Shown one piece after another: positions 50,075 through 62,720 of a DNA stretch of 64,000 nucleotides. This DNA comes from Adineta vaga. Its lineage: Eukaryota; Animalia; Rotifera. Position numbers and translations under genes: made by a program. The stretch spans positions 3,100,001 to 3,164,000 of the forward strand of contig CP075494.1 in NCBI GenBank assembly GCA_021613535.1, written 5' to 3'. Below the pieces are notes generated by a model that was not told the origin of the DNA, ran no database searches, and worked only from the letters and a program-made list of their open reading frames with translations. Numbering within the stretch: position 1 is the first letter of the stretch; the number at the start of each line of letters is the position of its first letter.

Positions 50075-53000
50075 ATGAATTTTTATCTTATGAAATATCT
50101 AATTTTGATAATATTAATCAATAGAATATCAAGTAAGTATAAGCAATGCAGTTAGGAACCTTTAAGATTTTTATAACAAAACAATTCAGATACGTTCTTT
50201 TGTACGAAATCATTTATTGAAAACGATTTATGTTTATGACCATCATTGTATAAATATAGTAGTGGTATCTTTGTTTTTAGTGAAATTAAAATTACTATCT
50301 GAAGCTTCTTGGGATCAAAATGGTATTACAGTTTCAGGATCTCCAAATGGAACAAGAGGATCATCTTTCTCTGAACTTTTTTATCCTCTGGGAATATCAA
50401 TCACAGAGAATGATGTTCTCTATATTGGTGACTCATCTAATCATCGTGTCGTTGTCATCAATCTTAATTCAATTACAGATACTTATACAATCGGTCCCAA
50501 GGAAGGATCTGATCTCGGTCAATTCAATCAATCATACGATGTTTTTATTTCTAGTACATTACTCTATGTTCTTGAAAATGCCAACAAACGAGTGCAAAAA
50601 ATGTCACTTAATGGTTCAAATCCGATCGTAGTACCTCATGTAGATGGATTTCAACATCCAATGTATCTTTTTGTTGATAATGTTGGTAACATTTATGTGA
50701 GTGATCGAAATGCTCACAAAGTATCTATTTTTCGACCAAATTCGATAAATGGTTCAGTTGTTGCTGGTAACGGAACTAATGGATCGACTTATGAACAACT
50801 TGATCGACCGTATGGAATATTTGTCAATGATATTGGAAGTATTTATATTGCAGATCGTGCAAACCATCGAATCATGAAATGGTTATCTGGAGCTGCGTCT
50901 GGTATTCCTGTAGCTGGTAACGGAATATGTGGCAACAGCTCAACACAACTTGATTCACCAACATATATCATCGTTGATGAAAATGAACACATGTATATTA
51001 GTGAGGCAGGTAGCTCTCGAATAACGCGATGGGCTCCCAATTCATCATCTGGAATATGTATTGTTGCTTGTACAGGAACACATGGAATCGCAACAACTCA
51101 TTTGCATGAGCCTCACTCGTTAGCATTTGATAGCAATGGTTCGCTCTATGTTAGTGATTGGAAAAATCATCGAGTGCAAAAATTTCAACGTTTTCTTAAT
51201 TATCCTAGTGAGTATTTCGTTCTCCTGTCTTTGTATTTAAAAGTATCCACGACATTTCTAAACCTGATGAAAAGAAAGATTACTTTACAGTAATATCATA
51301 AGAAATTTCTAATCATTTTTGAATTTGACTTTCCCTTTTCTTTAGTTCCATATAATCAACCAAAACTCCCTGAAAATGGGACATGGGATCGATGTGCAAT
51401 TACGTTTGCTGATCAGAATATAGTTGGTCAAAATCCTCATGGCATTTTCATCGATTCGAACGATACAATCTATATATCTCACTATTTCAGGAAACAGATT
51501 CTCATTTGGTCTAAAGACACAATCGATCCACAACGACGATTATATGTCGCGTTGTCTGTATACACAAGCTTGTTTGTGACATTGAATGGTGATATCTATT
51601 TTGAGAATGGCATCGAAAAAGGTCGAATCGAGAAATTCAAATCGAATTCAGCTAGCAGTGAATTTCTGGTAAAATTATCAGAAAGCTGTTATGATCTTTT
51701 TATTGACATTCGAAATGATCTTTATTGTTCTATATACCGTGAAAATCGAGTAGTAAAGGTATTCTTAGGCAATAATAGCAATACAACTATTACAATAGCA
51801 GGAACTGATTCGGCAGGTTCAGAATCATACCAACTAGCTGAACCTTGGGGAATATTTGTTGATATTAATTTTAATTTGTATGTTGCTGATTTTCAAAATC
51901 ACAGAATTCAACTTTTTCGACGAGGAAAATCGAATGGAATTACAGTGGCTGGGAACATGATTCCAAATGGTTTAACCTTAAAATACCCAACCGATGTAAT
52001 ACTTGACGCCAATAATTTTGTGTACATTGCGGATAATGAAAATCATCGTATAATTCGAGTTGGAAAGAATGAATTTCATTGTATTGTTGGTTGTACTGAG
52101 AAATGGGGATCGGCTTCGAATGAACTTTATAAATCATATGCTCTTCGTTTTGATAGTGTTGGTAATTTATATGTTGTTGATGAGTTCAATCATCGTATTC
52201 AAAAGTTCGATGTTTCAACTCATTCATGTGGTAAGTTTACTAATAAGGTTAGCTTTCTAAATCGACTTTTAAACAGTAACTTCAACAACTGTTAAATACG
52301 CAACAACAACAGATTTATCCGAAACGTCGCCATCCAGTTTACAAGTAAAATACGAATACACAACACTAATTTCTGATCAACTAACAACAACAGAAAAAAC
52401 ATTCTCATTTTCAACTACGCACCCAAGTATATTACTTCAAATTGTATGCTTTAATTTTTTTTAAAACAATCTTTCGTTTATTAGATCATTCAACACCAAT
52501 ATATTTTATTGCGCCTTCATGTGAAAATTCAACAAATATTGGATTTTATTGTAACATTTCTGGAACTATTTGTAATATACAAAATCCATGTTTAAATAAT
52601 GGCACTTGTAAGAATCTGAATAATAATCAAGATTATACTTGTTCTTGTCCATTGGATTTCTCCGGTAAAAATTGTCAAATTGATCGGCGCCTTTGTAAAG
52701 CAAATACATGTCTAAATAATGGTAAGTTTTATTTCCATTATATTTACATATATGAGAAGATTTTCAATTGGTAGGTAATTGTAGCATACTATTTAAGTCA
52801 ACATTTCATTGTACATGTTCACCTGGTTATGAAGGTTCCAGATGTGAAAGGAAAATCAATTATTGTTCTAACATTACATGTTATAATAAAGGTGTTTGTC
52901 GTTCTTTATTACTTGGTTATAAATGTGAATGTCTTATTGGAAGTTATTCTGGTCAACATTGTGAAAATGTTGCTACAAGAATTATTATTTATCGTATTGT

Positions 53001-53241
53001 AGCAAAATCCTTTGCTTATATTGCAATTCTAGCAATGATAACTGTCGCACTGTTTGTGATTATAATGGATATTTTAAAATATCGTTTTGGCATTGATCCA
53101 ACACGTCGAGAAATTGAACAAATTCGACGAAAAAAACAAATAAAAAGACGTAAACCGATCACGCGAAGACTTGTTTATGTCAATGCCATACCTTTAACTA
53201 GACGATCACTTTCAACAATAGTTGAAGAAAAAGATGTTTAG
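50075..53241 (+). CDS. Type I membrane protein: two NHL beta-propellers + EGF repeats + TM
   Basis: Probable signal exon 50075-50132; many NHL motifs; EGF repeats (CLNNGTC...CSCP..FSGKNC); TM followed by a basic tail. Confidence 0.85.
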
Positions 53242-53481
53242 AAATTAAGAAAAATTCTTCTTCATTCGCTGATAATGTACTGCTGCTTGTTGTCTCGTAA
53301 AATAAATATATTTTCCAAAAAACAATACTTTTTCAACAAAACACTATTGTAATTTCATAGAGGTTAAATACGAAGTATTCTATCAAATGAGAAGATCTTT
53401 ATTAAATGGAAGAAAATGTTCTCATATTATCTATAAAAATATCAAATTCTAAAGTATTATTTATGTCAGTTATACTTTATC

Positions 53482-53544
53482 TTGAGGTTGTCATTATAAG
53501 GGTGTGTTTTATTTCATCATCAACACTCACACCAACACCCTCGA
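53482..53544. repeat. Telomere-like intergenic palindrome
   Basis: TTGAGG..AAGGGTGTG...CACTCACACCAACACCCTCGA. Confidence 0.7.
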
Positions 53545-53580
53545 GAAATTAGTCGTTTGTGATGAAACTGTCTTTGTTAT

Positions 53581-56500
53581 TCAACGTTTTCTGCATATTA
53601 ATTTATGTTGATATACATTCCAATCCATTGTTTCACATTCTTTATTACAGTAACGCGCTTGATTGCATCTACTACAAACATGTAATGCGTTTGCTTGGCC
53701 ACAACATCGACACATGTTTATTACGCGTTCTGATTCATCTTGCATGATAATCGATGACGAATCATCAATGCGAATTAAGGCTTTCCTATCACTTAAACCT
53801 ATCCGTAAATATGGATTTATAATCTGCATTTTACTTCCAAGCGTATACACTTTCTTAGTTAAATATTTGCCTTGATCTTCTGGAAAGTTATAAATGAATA
53901 TTCGCTCGCAATCAAGATGTCCATCTTCAACAACAAGATGTATCGATGGACTCCATGAATCAGCTTCTTCAATAATCGTTACAGAAAGAATATATCCTTC
54001 GTAAACACGATTTATTCTTGGATTCATTTCTCTAATTGAAATTGGTTTGAGACCAATCAACGATTTGACCTTCGGTTGTCTTACTTGAGGTATATAACTA
54101 CCGGTTATAGGAATGTATATTGGGCTATTTAGGTCTTCTAACACTTTTGATTGCCATTGACGATGTAGTGTAATGATTTCGATTCGATGTGAATCTTTAA
54201 GATGTGCTTTGGAATCAATAGTGGAAGATATTTCTGTATTTAGTAAATTCTTTACATCAAGTACGCTTTTGAGGAGTATTTTATTATTAGAACTGTAGGG
54301 TAGGAAACATGGCAGTTGTATTTTTTCTGCCTGTTCACCTTTTTCATACGTTTCCTTAACAAACTTGCTTAAGCCTTGCAATGGATTTTGTTGCAAATAA
54401 CAAACAGCCATTGAATAATACGACTCCGGCACTTTTCGATGATCCTTTGGCGCCGCTACTATAAACGTCCGATATGCTTCAATTGCTTCATTCATATCAG
54501 TGTCCGACAGACGTAATGCAACTGCTTTCGCATACATCAGCTCATAATAATTGGGATCTATTTGTAGACCAGCATTAGCTTCATACAGGACATTTTCATA
54601 TTTCTCCAACCAACCATACACTGCACTTAATTCAAAAAGGAAGACTGATCTTGGATAATTTTCTTTGCAAGGCTCAAGAAAACGAGAAACTAATTCATGT
54701 GAGTCCATGTGTAATATGACGTAACATATCCGAGCATCTTCATCAAGTTTTGATTTCTTATCTGGTTTCAAACCACAACGATGAATTGTGCGATCAACAA
54801 TATCAACAATTTTTTTATGTACTTTCATGCTTGGAAATTGAGCGACAATATGTTCCAAACGATAACATCTCGAAAGTTCATGTACAAGCAGATTTTCTTG
54901 TTCTTCTGTTAAACTTTCAGACTGTGTAACTATAATTAACACTTCTGCAAAATGTTCGATAGCATTGCAAAGGATTTTGGCTATTATTGAACCACGATGT
55001 GCGTATTCCTTTAGTATGTTGTATTTGTAAAGATATGGATATGACTGACTAGATTGTGTATATATGCTTCCTTTGGGCTTCAAAGAGTTCAAAACGTTTT
55101 TCATTCTTTCAACTGCTTTGAGATATTCAGGTGGTGCTTGATCTACGGACTGTTTTAATCCAGCGAAAATTCGTTCATACATGCCACGATGTGTTTGAGC
55201 AACAATATTGCCCGCTTCGCATGCTCGATCATACCAAATTTTTGCCATTTCCACGTTACCTTTACCTAAGAGGTGTTCAGCTAAAGTTAACATAGCATTT
55301 GGATCACCTCTTCTGGATGATAGTTGTAGCAATTCTTCAGCTTTGTCTAAATTTCTATCAACACCAGTCCCATTCAGATACATTAAACCCAAATTATTAG
55401 CTGATTCAGCGCTACCGTGATCCGTAGCACGCTGATACCAATATGCGGCAGTAGGGAGATTTTTTTGAACACCAACACCTTCGGTATACCTAAGTCCCAA
55501 AGCGTGTTCAGATTCAGCTACACCAAGATTCGGAAAGGAGTTCAGTAGAGGATGTTGTGGCGATTGTGCGGCTGCTTGTTCTAATAGTTTACGGGCAGCA
55601 TCATGATCTTTTTTTATACCTAATCCGCGATCAGTCAATCGAGCTAAATTATACATGCCTTCAGCATTGCCTTGATTAGCTGCTTTTTCAAAGTATTTAG
55701 CAGCTTGCTCATAGTCTTGTTCAAAGCCAATGTCTCCATGTTCATATTTATGTCCTCTGACTACATCTGCCATTGCTGAATCGAATTGCTCACTGAAACT
55801 ATGACCTTGACGTACGTACTGTGGATCTGTACCAAATTTTTGTTGCATTTCATTTAAATGCTCGGGAATCGTAATGGGTTGCGTTCTCGGATCTAAATGC
55901 TCCTGTCGTGATTGTCGACCTAGTATATGCCGACTTTCATCTATGGCCTTTTGAATTTTCATGTTTGCGGGATCAAGAGCTAATCCGCGTTCAAATGAAA
56001 TAATAGCTTCTTCATGGTCATCCAAAATCGCATAAACTTTGCCGACACGAAAATATCCTTTCCACCATGTAGAACGAAGATTTCGAGCTTGTTTGGCATC
56101 TTGTAAAGCTTGATATCGCTCGTCTGCTGAATTATTAGTTGCAGACTTACTCGAAATTTTAGATTTTTGTTCATATAGGGCTAAACGGCTAGAAGACATA
56201 TTTGAATAGAAAACTGCACGATCTTGATCTAAAATATCCAATAAAGCAATTGCTTTTGTAAACAATTCAATGGCATCAGAATACTTTGCATTTTTATGAG
56301 CTTGGATGGCGAGTGAGTTTAATCGTAGCGCTTCCTTCACGTTTTCTTCGTTTATTGGCCGGGAACTTTCGTTGAATACATTATCACCTTTGAGTTTATC
56401 TAATTCGCTCTTAACATCACCAAATGCTACAAGAATAGCCGATAAATCAGACCAAAACTTATTGAATTCTATATCTTTGATGGATTTCGATGCACTATGA

Positions 56501-56874
56501 ATTAATTCATTCCGAATATCCCGCAATTTCTTAAGCACTGTATCCTCACTATCGAGTTGTTGTATCTGGATGTTATCGAGCGTGTTTGGACGATCAGTAT
56601 TTAGTAGTAGAGCAGTCAGTGTTGTCAGATCCCAGTGATTGGAATCTCCATTCACGATCGAGGCTTTTTCTACTTTTGTTAAAGACAAATTTTTGTTTTT
56701 CGCAATAACATTAACTGAATAGTTGTTTCCACAAACGGACGAATCGTCCCATATACTACCGTTGTTAAACATAGCATAACGATCTTTGAACAATTGACGA
56801 ATTCTAACACATGCATGTGCAATCAGGAGTTCTAATTTGAAATAATTACGAACATTCGTTGGAATACTGGTCAT
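53581..56874 (-). CDS. DZIP3-like HEPN + TPR + SEL1 repeats + TPR + zf-MYND protein, intronless
   Basis: WDLTTL..LL...LRDIRNELIH (Rx4H); TPR KGYFRVG; SEL1 repeats AAKYFEKAANQGNAEGMYNL; C-terminal CRCC..CSRC..YCNKEC..DW..HK..C. Confidence 0.85.
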   Translation of the reverse strand: MTSIPTNVRNYFKLELLIAHACVRIRQLFKDRYAMFNNGSIWDDSSVCGNNYSVNVIAKNKNLSLTKVEKASIVNGDSNHWDLTTLTALLLNTDRPNTLDNIQIQQLDSEDTVLKKLRDIRNELIHSASKSIKDIEFNKFWSDLSAILVAFGDVKSELDKLKGDNVFNESSRPINEENVKEALRLNSLAIQAHKNAKYSDAIELFTKAIALLDILDQDRAVFYSNMSSSRLALYEQKSKISSKSATNNSADERYQALQDAKQARNLRSTWWKGYFRVGKVYAILDDHEEAIISFERGLALDPANMKIQKAIDESRHILGRQSRQEHLDPRTQPITIPEHLNEMQQKFGTDPQYVRQGHSFSEQFDSAMADVVRGHKYEHGDIGFEQDYEQAAKYFEKAANQGNAEGMYNLARLTDRGLGIKKDHDAARKLLEQAAAQSPQHPLLNSFPNLGVAESEHALGLRYTEGVGVQKNLPTAAYWYQRATDHGSAESANNLGLMYLNGTGVDRNLDKAEELLQLSSRRGDPNAMLTLAEHLLGKGNVEMAKIWYDRACEAGNIVAQTHRGMYERIFAGLKQSVDQAPPEYLKAVERMKNVLNSLKPKGSIYTQSSQSYPYLYKYNILKEYAHRGSIIAKILCNAIEHFAEVLIIVTQSESLTEEQENLLVHELSRCYRLEHIVAQFPSMKVHKKIVDIVDRTIHRCGLKPDKKSKLDEDARICYVILHMDSHELVSRFLEPCKENYPRSVFLFELSAVYGWLEKYENVLYEANAGLQIDPNYYELMYAKAVALRLSDTDMNEAIEAYRTFIVAAPKDHRKVPESYYSMAVCYLQQNPLQGLSKFVKETYEKGEQAEKIQLPCFLPYSSNNKILLKSVLDVKNLLNTEISSTIDSKAHLKDSHRIEIITLHRQWQSKVLEDLNSPIYIPITGSYIPQVRQPKVKSLIGLKPISIREMNPRINRVYEGYILSVTIIEEADSWSPSIHLVVEDGHLDCERIFIYNFPEDQGKYLTKKVYTLGSKMQIINPYLRIGLSDRKALIRIDDSSSIIMQDESERVINMCRCCGQANALHVCSRCNQARYCNKECETMDWNVYQHKLICRKR

Positions 56875-57340
56875 TTTGGTAGACGAAATGGCAAATTAGA
56901 GGAGGAACTTTGAATTGTAAAGCTTAAGTGAGGTACCAACTTGTACTTCCAATAATTTAGTTTCTCTAATATTGATATGTTTGCATTCAAACGATACAAT
57001 TTACTGTAAATGTAAACACTACAAAAAAAATATGTATTGTATATTTATTTACCTTGTCGCAATAGATGCTATCGTACGAGAGACTAAACAGCCAATAAAA
57101 ATCCATAGTTCGTCGGCTCATGCAAAAACAATATCACTTGTGTCTTATCTGATCTTTCTATGTTACTGATTTTTTTTCGTAATCTTTCGATGTCATATAG
57201 AAATAAAGAGTAAAAAGGGTTGAGAACATTTTCGATAGAGGTCGCTCATTCCAAGCTAAGTTGTGTTGATAAGCTCTCCTATTCCTGTTTAGCAAAACTT
57301 ACTCAAACTTGCATCATAAAAAAAAACTCATTGTTTCTAA

Positions 57341-57396
57341 GGATGAAGATGTCGAAGTAAGTTGTCATCTCTTTGGCACTCTCACCCACACGCTTA
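57341..57396. repeat. Telomere-like palindrome (left arm decayed) abutting an ART fragment
   Basis: ...CACTCTCACCCACACGCTTA. Confidence 0.5.
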
Positions 57397-57399
57397 GAT

Positions 57400-57825
57400 G
57401 AAGTCCTGAATCAAGCTTTTAGAGAGCAAAACATCGAAATGATGATCAAACTAGCATTTTTATTCAAGATCTTCATCGACAAATCGAACGAGTTCATTCA
57501 ACAAGTAAACTCAATGAGGAAAATAATTATTTATCGAGGACAATGAGTTACATGTGAAGGATTTGAAAAGATGAAGAACAATACAGGCGCTCTTTTATCT
57601 TTTAACAAATTTTTATTGACAAGCATTGATCAGCACAAGTTGCATTGTTGTTCGCTCGTAATGCTCAAGATAATCCCAGCATGGTAGCAATTCTATTTCA
57701 AATAGAAATTGATCCATCCATATCGTTAACTCCATTTGCTATGCTGGATGATATTAGATTCTATAATGACTCAGAAAAAGAAATTCTTTTTTTCATGCAC
57801 TCCGTCTTTCGATCATAGGAGACTT
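57400..57825 (+). pseudogene. ADP-ribosyltransferase catalytic-domain fragment
   Basis: LNQAFR, IYRGQ*, SFNKFLLTS, VAILFQIEID, EKEILFFMHSVFR, with stops and frameshifts; no upstream part. Confidence 0.75.
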
Positions 57826-58367
57826 CAGAGAAATAGAAGATCACTCCATAGCTTTATTATACTACAAAAGGCTCTCAATATTCTCCAAAATTTACTTCCA
57901 GTAAAGTATATCGGATTAGAATCTGTTTCATTCATCATTAACTAATGAATGAAATACCTTTACTTACATCTTCACCGTGTGATACTTATTCACATTGTCA
58001 AAATATGAATAAAACATTTTCAAATAATATGAATGTAATCACGTTTTTCAAAAACTAAATTCATATATTAAGTGAAATCAAATGACCTTGTTCGAAGAGT
58101 TTTGATAAGAACGTGATTATGATCACGGTTACATGAATAACTCTTTCTATGATGTGCGTATATATTCGATTAATAATTGTTAGCAAAGTGTTTTATATCT
58201 AATTGAAAATACAGTACTCCTGACGATTATCAATAGAGACTGATCGTATTTCTATTTGATCAAATAAAGGTGAGTAATACACGAGAATATTGGGTTACAG
58301 AGTTGTTTTTAACTAATAAAGCATCGACAACTAGGAGCAAATAACTACAATATTGGTAATGAAATGC

Positions 58368-59180
58368 AGAGATATCTCAATATTTTTAGATCATCCTATA
58401 ATCAAATCAATACGAATGGAATTCCATCATTATCGAGCAATATTGTTCGGAAGTTATGGTGTACTACTCGTGTTCGAAATATGTTTTCTTCTTGCATTAT
58501 CAAATCGATTATTAGCAGAATTAGTTGAAAGATTATTTGGAATTATCCGATTAGATCATCAAAAATTGATTATGAATTTCTTTGGTGTCCATATTGATTT
58601 CTTATCTTCACGACGTTTTCGTTTATCTCTCATAGTTCAATTAGCAATCATTCCTTGGATTACTGTTCTTTTACTTGTAGATGGGTGCGTTTGGCAAATA
58701 CAAGAACTGTCAAGTCAAGATGTTTGTCCATTGTCACCAAGTGATTGTTTTCTACTGGAAAAGTCATTAGCTTATACAAGAATTGTTTGTTCACCTGGTG
58801 AAATATTATCGAACTCTACTTCAATTGATGCTGTCTGCTTCGTTTCGATATATTCCGAACAAAATGCGGTTGCTCTACTCAATCAGATTGGTATTTGTTC
58901 AAGTATTTTCTCTCTAATATGTCATACGTTCAAAGGTGCTTGTCGTATGTCACGTAAATGGTGGGGTCTTATTATACTTATTCTTTTATTGATTATGTCG
59001 ATAATACTTTTGATTGTTGCTTTTATAATTGTTGGCATGAAAATTTCAGTTACGGCAAAACTATTATTAGTAGCTTTAATTTGTCTTATAGTCAATGTGA
59101 CTCAATTACGTCAATTTACATATTATTACAAACGCAATCTTGTTCAATCATCGATGAATGTAGCGAGGACATATTTCTAG
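58368..59180 (+). CDS. Multi-pass membrane protein with Cys-containing loop, unknown family
   Basis: About 5 hydrophobic helices in a ~270-aa ORF; 5' end uncertain. Confidence 0.65.
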   Translation, partial: RDISIFLDHPIIKSIRMEFHHYRAILFGSYGVLLVFEICFLLALSNRLLAELVERLFGIIRLDHQKLIMNFFGVHIDFLSSRRFRLSLIVQLAIIPWITVLLLVDGCVWQIQELSSQDVCPLSPSDCFLLEKSLAYTRIVCSPGEILSNSTSIDAVCFVSIYSEQNAVALLNQIGICSSIFSLICHTFKGACRMSRKWWGLIILILLLIMSIILLIVAFIIVGMKISVTAKLLLVALICLIVNVTQLRQFTYYYKRNLVQSSMNVARTYF

Positions 59181-59315
59181 AAATTCTCGAGAACATGTGA
59201 ACAAAAACAACGATATTTATAGATCATTGATAAATATGTCTTAATGAATCTTGTCTATAAGGCAATAAATTATGATATTTTGTCTGTTTCGAAAAGTGTG
59301 AGTGCATGATTGATC

Positions 59316-59366
59316 TTGAGGATAAGAATGATAAAGAAAATAGCCATATTCTACCTTCATTCTCAA
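59316..59366. repeat. Telomere-like intergenic palindrome (strongly AT-drifted)
   Basis: TTGAGGATAAGAATG...CTACCTTCATTCTCAA. Confidence 0.45.
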
Positions 59367-59539
59367 AATTCGGTCCAACATACAAATATTTTTGAGAACA
59401 AGTTCATGTTTTCAGGTATTTATTTTATCGAGAATAAATATGGAAAGAATGCAGAGTAGAAGAAAGAAGAAGCATTTGTGTACTTCAATCAAAGTTAGGT
59501 AAAAACAGTTCTGTTCTGTAAGTTTCTAATGGTAATTTT

Positions 59540-60472
59540 TTAGTGGTTATGGCAATTCATAACAGATCTACACTGCATGACTCCATCGATTGTTTCACCG
59601 ACAATCCATTGAGTTGTAATAACGCGATCAACTGGATGAACTTGTTTTTCTTGTAGGACACCGCCTGCATTATAATAGCAAACATATTAAAAAGAAATGT
59701 CTGTCGACTAAAGTACCTCACACCCCCATTTTTCTTCTAACTCAAATTTGGGGTTCTAACATCTTAATATGGTTAAGTTTTTTCATTGAAAAGAAAAATC
59801 TCTCAATTCGAAGAAATACTCACTCGCAGCCAGCATTGGATACATAATTTGTGTGCGTTTTTGGACACTTGTATCCTCCATTAGCATTTCTTTCGCTTCA
59901 TCCCACGAAATCAAATCTTGATAACGGAGAAAAATTCCAAGATCTTCCTCCATATGATGCTGTTTCAAAGCGTGAATGAATTCGATCAAAAATTCACTCA
60001 ACTGCTTTGTTCGTTCTCCCAAAGCAGCCAAACGTGCAATCATTTGTCGATTGGAGCCATTGAAATATTGCAAGGCAAAGAATTTTCCCGATTCTTTATC
60101 GAAGGCCCACATGTACGGAACTGGTTTGTATCCACCTTCGAATTCAGTCAAATTGATCGTTTTCAAATGCATAACCAGACGCTGTGGATCATCAATTGGA
60201 ACCGGTATGGAGCACGCCGATGCTGTAATTATTGATGTTTCAGCAACTTCATTAGGTTTTAGTCGAAAATGTTGATGTGTACGGCTAAGACCAAGTAAAT
60301 CATCCAATCGATATTTTTTCAGCATCGGTACAAGTTCTGGAACAACAGCGTCGACATTGATAGCACAGCTATCATTGATAAATCGAGTATTATTAAATGC
60401 ATCAACTGAATATTCTTTGAACAAACCACAATTCAACATGGCTTTTGGATATTGATCGACTAATACGGCCAT
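59540..60472 (-). CDS. Unknown protein with an internal two-fold repeat, 2 exons
   Basis: ORF 60472 to ~59825, splice donor GTGAG, last exon ~59666-59540 ending CRSVMNCHNH*. Confidence 0.65.
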
Positions 60473-61322
60473 CGCTCAGTTGTGTGCTTTTGAAATTGTT
60501 TTGCCTTGAAGAATAGGGAGAATTGTGCTTGTGTTGGAAGTTTGCTCTTTGCTCGAGCTTTATGTACGCTTCAAGTAGGAAGTCGAATCTAGGAAGTAGG
60601 GAAAGAGAGAGAGAGAGAGAATGAGGAAATGAGAAATCTACAGTATTTTTTCCAACATAGCACTTGGATGCACAAAACATTCTGTTTAGAAAGCTCAGAG
60701 CAGCGCGAAGTCGTATTCAAAGACAATACTAATTGCGTACGTGTAGATGAATATATAGATAATTACTTCCCTCTTTTGTTGAATCTCATCATTTTCTTCA
60801 ACACATACATAATGGAAAAGAAACTTAACCATTAGAACGCTCCTAGGCGAGAGAAAAAAACAGTAAATAATGATCTGCTAATAAGTTCTATCAATGATCA
60901 ACTCTTCTCTCTCTTTATTAAATCAAATATGTCTTATACTATATTATGGAGAAATGCATGTCATCATTGTTTCCTATTTCCTCAGTAAAATATTTATCAA
61001 CGTGAGAAGAGCACATTGACATATATTAAAAGAACTTAAAAAGAAAAAATACAGTTAAGCATGGAATTCTAATTAATCGATCATATATGTTGATGTTAAT
61101 TTGTGACAGTATTGAATTGTTTATGTGAAATTATTTTTGCACCACACTCAGTAATATGTAATTGATTTGGATGACAACGAATCGATGATGATATGGAATA
61201 ATATCGTAGTTGAACTTGTAATATTAACTTGAATAAAAGATAGAATGAATTATTCGAAGATAGATCCAATATGAATAATTAAAAGATAGTTTTATCCTTA
61301 ATAGTCTAGCTGAACTTTTGAT

Positions 61323-61400
61323 CTGGGTGTGGGTGTGGATTAGGATGAGAGTCAAGAGAATATGCTCTTGCCCACACTACTCACACCTACACACATCTAA
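61323..61400. repeat. Telomere-like intergenic palindrome
   Basis: TGGGTGTGGGTGTGG...CCCACACTACTCACACCTACAC. Confidence 0.7.
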
Positions 61401-61845
61401 TTTATTCTCTTAATTGGTTATTCAACACTTGATACTACTTAGATATAATCATTATTATTTCCTTTGAACAAATAAATCAAATTGTATGACTGAAAAATTG
61501 TTTGAATCATATAATACTGAAAATATGAAAGTGAGATAATTGTGAATCAAAGGTACTGACAAAATTATTTTATATGATTTACATACTCTCTTTTAAATTA
61601 ATGATTATTAGTCTAGACAAATGAACAAATGTAAAATGTCACTGATTTTGTAGTTCATCGAAGAGAATATTTTAGAAAATATTTCGAAGCACATAAAAGA
61701 GCGATAAAATGATTTACTATGCATTATTTTGTCAATGTTTAACGACTCCGTGAAGATACAAAAGAACAGTAAGAAGCAAATATTGTCGTAAGAAGAAAAA
61801 CAGAAATAAAACATTTTTTTATTCATTTCAAATTTATTATATAAA

Positions 61846-62720
61846 ATGACTACACAAAACACAAGTGATTTTTACTGGGCATGTCGTAATGGCGATCTGG
61901 ATACCGTCAAGAAAGTTTTGACAAATATAAGTTTAAATGATATTAATCGTATCGAAACAAATGGAAGTACTGCTTTGCATGCTGCATCATATTATGGTCG
62001 TGTAGATATAGTTCGTATTTTACTACAGCGAGGTGCTAGTACTGACATTCGTAATAAATTTGATAAAACAGCAAAGGAAGAAGCATCAACAGATGAAGTT
62101 CGTGCTTTATTTGCATCACTAGTAGGGAGAGAAGAAACAACGACGACATGCCTCAGTCTGAATTTGTGCAACTTTATCCAAATACAGAAAACATGGATAA
62201 ATTCAAGCTAGCTACCAAAATTTTGAAAGCTAGATTAGGTTTATATCAATCTCATAAATATACCATTTCAGTTAAATCGAATTTGGAACATTTGGAGAAA
62301 AAATATTGAAAAATATGTGAAGAAAAAGGGGATCAAAATGCATTACAATTAGGTAAAAATTGTTTTAAGAAATATCGTGATACGGGTAGTTTTGATCATA
62401 TGATTCAATTTTATACTGCCGAATCACCTTTTATGGAATGATACATGGCGATGAAACATTTCTTCTAGAAATGTATAAACATTTACTAAATTACGATAAC
62501 TACGCATATCAAGGATATACCTATCGTGGTCTTGATTTATCCGACAAAGATTTTGAACCATATCGATGGGCATTAGCACATCCAAAAAGTGTACTTGAAA
62601 TGGGCAGGCTCACATCAACACATAAACGCATTGACGTAACCCTTCAATTTATAAAGCATATCAGTAATGGAAAACGGCCAGTTTTACTCAAAATCGAATT
62701 CGGTGAACAATGGATCAGAT
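61846..62720 (+). pseudogene. Ankyrin-repeat + ART gene, disrupted and 3'-truncated
   Basis: FYWACRNGD, GSTALHAASYYG; frameshifts ~62140 and ~62433, TGA ~62308; FYTAESPFY, TYRGL, LTST; ends before the catalytic Glu. Confidence 0.8.
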
